A stretch of DNA of 30,357 nt from positions 2,839 to 33,195 of the forward strand of contig CAZPDB010000004.1 of the NCBI GenBank assembly GCA_964585285.1, written 5' to 3'. The notes below the pieces were generated by a model that saw nothing but the letters and a program-made list of their open reading frames with translations, was not told where the DNA came from and ran no database searches. The position numbers were made by a program, and so were the translations under genes. Position 1 is the first letter of the stretch, and each line of letters begins with the position of its first letter. Origin of the DNA: an uncultured Methanosarcinales archaeon (GTDB lineage Archaea > Nanobdellota > Nanobdellia > Woesearchaeales > CAZPDB01). Below, piece by piece: positions 26,812 through 30,357 of this stretch.

Positions 26812-29800
26812 ATGGTTGAAAAAGAAACTTCTCCAGAAAAAAAAGGAAAAAAAGAAGTCAGAGAAGAATCAGAAACAGGAAAAGAAAAAGAAGAGATTAA
26901 AAAAGAATCAGCAGAGAAACCAGCAGATGAGTCAACAGGAGAATCAAAAGAAGAAGCCAATGTAGAGGAAGAAATCACCCTTGATTTTTCCAGAGTAAAG
27001 AACATTTTTCGCCGGAGAAAAAAAAAGGATGAAAAGCTTAAACAAGAACTGGAGGATGTTGAAGAGGAAGTTAAGGATGAGGAAGAATCGCTTCAAGAGG
27101 AGATTGAACAAGGAGAAGAATTAATTGGAGAAGCCAAGCAAAAAATTTCTGAAGATAAAAAAAGAATCCGACAGCTTAAAAAAGAAGAGGAAAAGATTGG
27201 AAAAGCTGAAAAAGAGATTGAAGAACAGACTGAAGAGGATTTTGAAACTGCTCTTGATTTTTCTAAACTCAAAAAATGGTTCAGCCATTTAAAAAAAGAT
27301 GAGGAAAAAGCGCCTGGTGAAGCAGGAAAAGAAGAAAAAGAAGCTGAAGAATTATCTCTGGATCTTAAAAGCACAGCCCGATTCTTCACCCAACCTAAAG
27401 TGTATATCCCTCTTTTGATTATTATTGCTATGTTCTTTGCTGTTTTTTTTAGAGTCCAGTCTGCTTATCTTCCTGTTACTGATGATTGGGCTAAGAGCAC
27501 TGTTGAGAATTATTTTAAATCTCAATTAATGGGGCAGATTAATCAGCAAAATCCTCATCTGCCTCAGGAAAACAAGCAGATTCTTCTCCAGCAAAAATGG
27601 ACAGAATATAAGAATCAGAATAAGAAGATTATTAATGAGCAGATTTCTCTTCTTTCTCAGCAGTACAAAGAGGTTTTTCAGGATGACCAAACCGGGCACA
27701 CTTATCTTTTAGCTATTGACCCTTATTATTATTTAAGGCATGTTCAGCATTATTTGGAGAATGGTCAGGCCGGCACTACTTATATTGGCGGCGATTATGG
27801 GGTTAGTGATGATATTAAGTTATATTTTACTGGCCGGGATAAGGAGTTTGATTTCAGCCGAGCTCTTGATTGGGATGGACAGCGAATGGCACCTATTGGT
27901 TCTCCTTCTAAGATGAATCTGCACACTTATTTTGAAGCTTATTTATACAAGTTTGTTCATTTTTTTAATCGTGATCTGCCTCTAACCACTTTAATTTTTT
28001 ATATCCCTGTTATCATTTCTTCTTTAGCTGTCATTCCTGCTTTTTTTCTGGGCAGAAAGATGGGAGGTAATGTTGGCGGTTTGTTTGCTGGAGTGATGAT
28101 TGCTGTTCATTCTGCTTTTATTAACCGAACTGCTGGTGGTTTTGCTGATACTGATGCTTATAATGTCTTTTTTCCCTTGCTTATTGTCTGGATCTTCTTA
28201 GAAGCTTTTGAAACAACTAATCTTAAGAAAAAATTTGGTCTAACCATTCTAGCTGGTTTCTTCACTGGCTTGTTTGCTTTTGCCTGGTCAGGTTGGTGGT
28301 ATATTTTTGATTTTATTCTTGGCGCCATGGTCATTTATTTGCTTTATGATATTTTTATTTATAGGAAAGAGATTAAAAGAGGTTTGAGGAATTATCTCAC
28401 TCAGACTACCATTAAAAACACTCTTTTAATTTTTATTGCTTTTATTTTATTTGCTGGTTTGTTTGTGACTTTGTTTAAAGATTCCAGTAATTTTATCCAA
28501 GCTCCTTTCCAACCTATCATCAGAGCAAAAACTCTCAAGACTGTGGGCGTAGTTACTATCTGGCCTAATATTAAAACCACTGTGGCTGAGCTTAATCCTG
28601 CTTCATTAAAAGCTATTATTAATCAGATGGGAGGCAAGTTTTTATTTTTGGTTGGTTGTTTAGGCGTTCTTTTGTCTTTTATTAAAAAAGATAGGTTTGG
28701 CAAGACAGATATCAAATATGCTATTATTATTTTAATTTGGTTTATTAACACTATTTATATGAGCACTCAGGGTGTCAGATTCACTTTATTGCTTGTGCCT
28801 GCTTTTTCAGTTGCTTTTGGTGTTGCTGTCGGAATTATTTTCAACTACTCCTCCAAATGGGTTTCTAAAGAGCTTAATATGAACAAGGTTCTTGTCTCAA
28901 TAGTACTTTTTGTTTTGCTCTGTCTCTTGTTTATTAAACCAATGAAGATGGCGCAGGCCACTGCTCAACAAGAGATTCCCAGTATGAATGATGCCTGGCA
29001 TACTGCCTTAACTAACATCAAGACCAATTCCAGTCAGGATGCTATCATTAACAGCTGGTGGGATTTTGGTCACTGGTTTATCACTCTTGCAGATAGAAGG
29101 GTAACTTTTGACGGTGGGGGCCAGGATAAGCACATGGCTCATTGGGTAGGAAAAAGTTTGTTAACTAATACAGAGGAGAAAACTATCGGAATTTTAAGAA
29201 TGGTTGATTGCGGTAATAATAACGCTTTTTGGGCTCTTAATAGCCTTATTAATGATACAGTCACTTCTATTGATGTCCTCAATGAGATTATTGTTCTGGA
29301 TAAAGAAGAGGCCACAACAACTCTTGCTCAATACATTCCTCAGGAAAAAATAGATCATGTTTTGCAGTATACTCACTGCCCACCCCCTGAAAATTATTAT
29401 ATCACTTCAGATGATATGGTTGGTAAGGCTGGTGTTTGGGCTCATTTTGGCAGTTGGGATTTCAAACGGGCTCTAATTTATCATACTCTTAAAAAGAAAG
29501 CGTATAAAAATAATCAGGCTAAAAGTGTTGAATTTCTTAAGAACAAGTTTAATTACTCCCAACAAAAAGCAGAAAATTTGTTTTATGAGGTTCAATCTAT
29601 TGGTTCTAATAAAGAGGCTAATTCTTGGATTGCTCCTTGGCCTAGTTATCGCGGTCAGTCTAATTGTCAGGAAACAAAAGAGGGTATTTTTGAATGTAAT
29701 AACGTCCGGGTCAACTGGCATAATCTTACTGCTACTTTAACTACTCAGCAGGGTTGGGTTAAACCAGCTTCCCTTGTTTATCCTACTGCTCAAGGTGTTG

Positions 29801-30357
29801 AGGAGAAGAAGTTTGATTCAGATGTTCCTTATTCAGTCATCTTCATCAAAAAGAGGAATTCTGCTCAGGTTGTTCTCTCTGATCCAGCTCTGGCTGCCAG
29901 CACTTTCACTAAACTTTATTTCTTTGAAGGCCATGGTTCTAAGTTCTTTGATTTATTTGACTTGCAGACAGCGCCTACTGGCACCAGAATTTATGTTTGG
30001 CAGGTTGATTGGCAAGGCCTGGGCAAGTATCTTAATCCTGCCTTTTTACCTTTAAAAGAAGTGGAAATTGAACACTTGCTTCTTTGCCATAATGAATCTG
30101 TTATGCCTTGCCCTCTTAATTTAACCAAGCAGCAAGCACAAGAACAGGCTGAGGAGATTTTAGAAGAGCTTCCTCAATACAATTATTCTTTCCAGGATTA
30201 TAAACAAGAACATAATCAGAGTGTTATCTATGAATATTTGGGTTTCATCAGTCAAGAATCTCCTTTAGATCCTCATTTTCTTGAGGCTGCCTTGCCCCTT
30301 TCTGCTCAGGAGATTTCCAGTATTGTTGAGACCCAGTTTGGTTTTCATCTTATCAAA
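26812..30357 (+). CDS. aglB: Oligosaccharyltransferase AglB (STT3 family) with charged N-terminal extension and C-terminal parvulin-like domain; 3' end outside window
   Basis: Manual frame-1 translation is open for 1182 codons: AIDPYYYLR, GFADTD (28147), TVAE (28579), GVRF, SWWDFGHW (29056), DMVGK (29413), IYVWQVDW. Absent from the ORF track because there is no stop in the window. Confidence 0.97.
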   Translation, partial: MVEKETSPEKKGKKEVREESETGKEKEEIKKESAEKPADESTGESKEEANVEEEITLDFSRVKNIFRRRKKKDEKLKQELEDVEEEVKDEEESLQEEIEQGEELIGEAKQKISEDKKRIRQLKKEEEKIGKAEKEIEEQTEEDFETALDFSKLKKWFSHLKKDEEKAPGEAGKEEKEAEELSLDLKSTARFFTQPKVYIPLLIIIAMFFAVFFRVQSAYLPVTDDWAKSTVENYFKSQLMGQINQQNPHLPQENKQILLQQKWTEYKNQNKKIINEQISLLSQQYKEVFQDDQTGHTYLLAIDPYYYLRHVQHYLENGQAGTTYIGGDYGVSDDIKLYFTGRDKEFDFSRALDWDGQRMAPIGSPSKMNLHTYFEAYLYKFVHFFNRDLPLTTLIFYIPVIISSLAVIPAFFLGRKMGGNVGGLFAGVMIAVHSAFINRTAGGFADTDAYNVFFPLLIVWIFLEAFETTNLKKKFGLTILAGFFTGLFAFAWSGWWYIFDFILGAMVIYLLYDIFIYRKEIKRGLRNYLTQTTIKNTLLIFIAFILFAGLFVTLFKDSSNFIQAPFQPIIRAKTLKTVGVVTIWPNIKTTVAELNPASLKAIINQMGGKFLFLVGCLGVLLSFIKKDRFGKTDIKYAIIILIWFINTIYMSTQGVRFTLLLVPAFSVAFGVAVGIIFNYSSKWVSKELNMNKVLVSIVLFVLLCLLFIKPMKMAQATAQQEIPSMNDAWHTALTNIKTNSSQDAIINSWWDFGHWFITLADRRVTFDGGGQDKHMAHWVGKSLLTNTEEKTIGILRMVDCGNNNAFWALNSLINDTVTSIDVLNEIIVLDKEEATTTLAQYIPQEKIDHVLQYTHCPPPENYYITSDDMVGKAGVWAHFGSWDFKRALIYHTLKKKAYKNNQAKSVEFLKNKFNYSQQKAENLFYEVQSIGSNKEANSWIAPWPSYRGQSNCQETKEGIFECNNVRVNWHNLTATLTTQQGWVKPASLVYPTAQGVEEKKFDSDVPYSVIFIKKRNSAQVVLSDPALAASTFTKLYFFEGHGSKFFDLFDLQTAPTGTRIYVWQVDWQGLGKYLNPAFLPLKEVEIEHLLLCHNESVMPCPLNLTKQQAQEQAEEILEELPQYNYSFQDYKQEHNQSVIYEYLGFISQESPLDPHFLEAALPLSAQEISSIVETQFGFHLIK

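Noticed and set aside
26745-30055. Track ORFs at 26745-27005, 27093-27389, 29194-29376, 29473-29721, 29525-29740 and 29774-30055
   Set aside because: Antisense or off-frame shadows of aglB.
1-30357. Mobile elements, inteins, rRNA
   Set aside because: No transposase, integrase, intein splice or LAGLIDADG motifs, and no rRNA-like sequence, were recognised.

Overview
Archaeal chromosomal window, most likely from a DPANN lineage such as Woesearchaeota (inferred from BHB tRNA introns, BRE/TATA promoters, AglB with WWDFG and gene style). The left 9 kb is housekeeping: 5'-truncated topA, a phospholipase D family lipoprotein, a degenerate TtuA-like protein, a membrane Lon-like protease, MEMO1/AmrB, DUF192, a two-intron tRNA-Trp(CCA) and an aromatic amino acid permease. 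From 8.9 kb onward it is a cell-envelope locus: a 3-TM Ig/cadherin surface protein, an S-layer-like protein, a 3197-aa Ig/PKD/cadherin giant with an exact 960-bp duplication and no C-terminal anchor, an 862-aa membrane protein with a DUF3597-like motif, a geranylgeranyl-reductase family gene, and an aglB gene (26812 to beyond the window end) that the ORF track misses. Main highlights: AglB fused to a C-terminal parvulin-type PPIase domain; a PELGV domain shared by the giant and the S-layer-like protein; a DUF3597-like module in an archaeon; a tRNA-Trp with a minimal C'/D' guide intron plus a 59/60 intron; and an orphan promoter plus UUCG hairpin suggesting a small RNA. All family calls are by-eye motif recognition; no searches were run.
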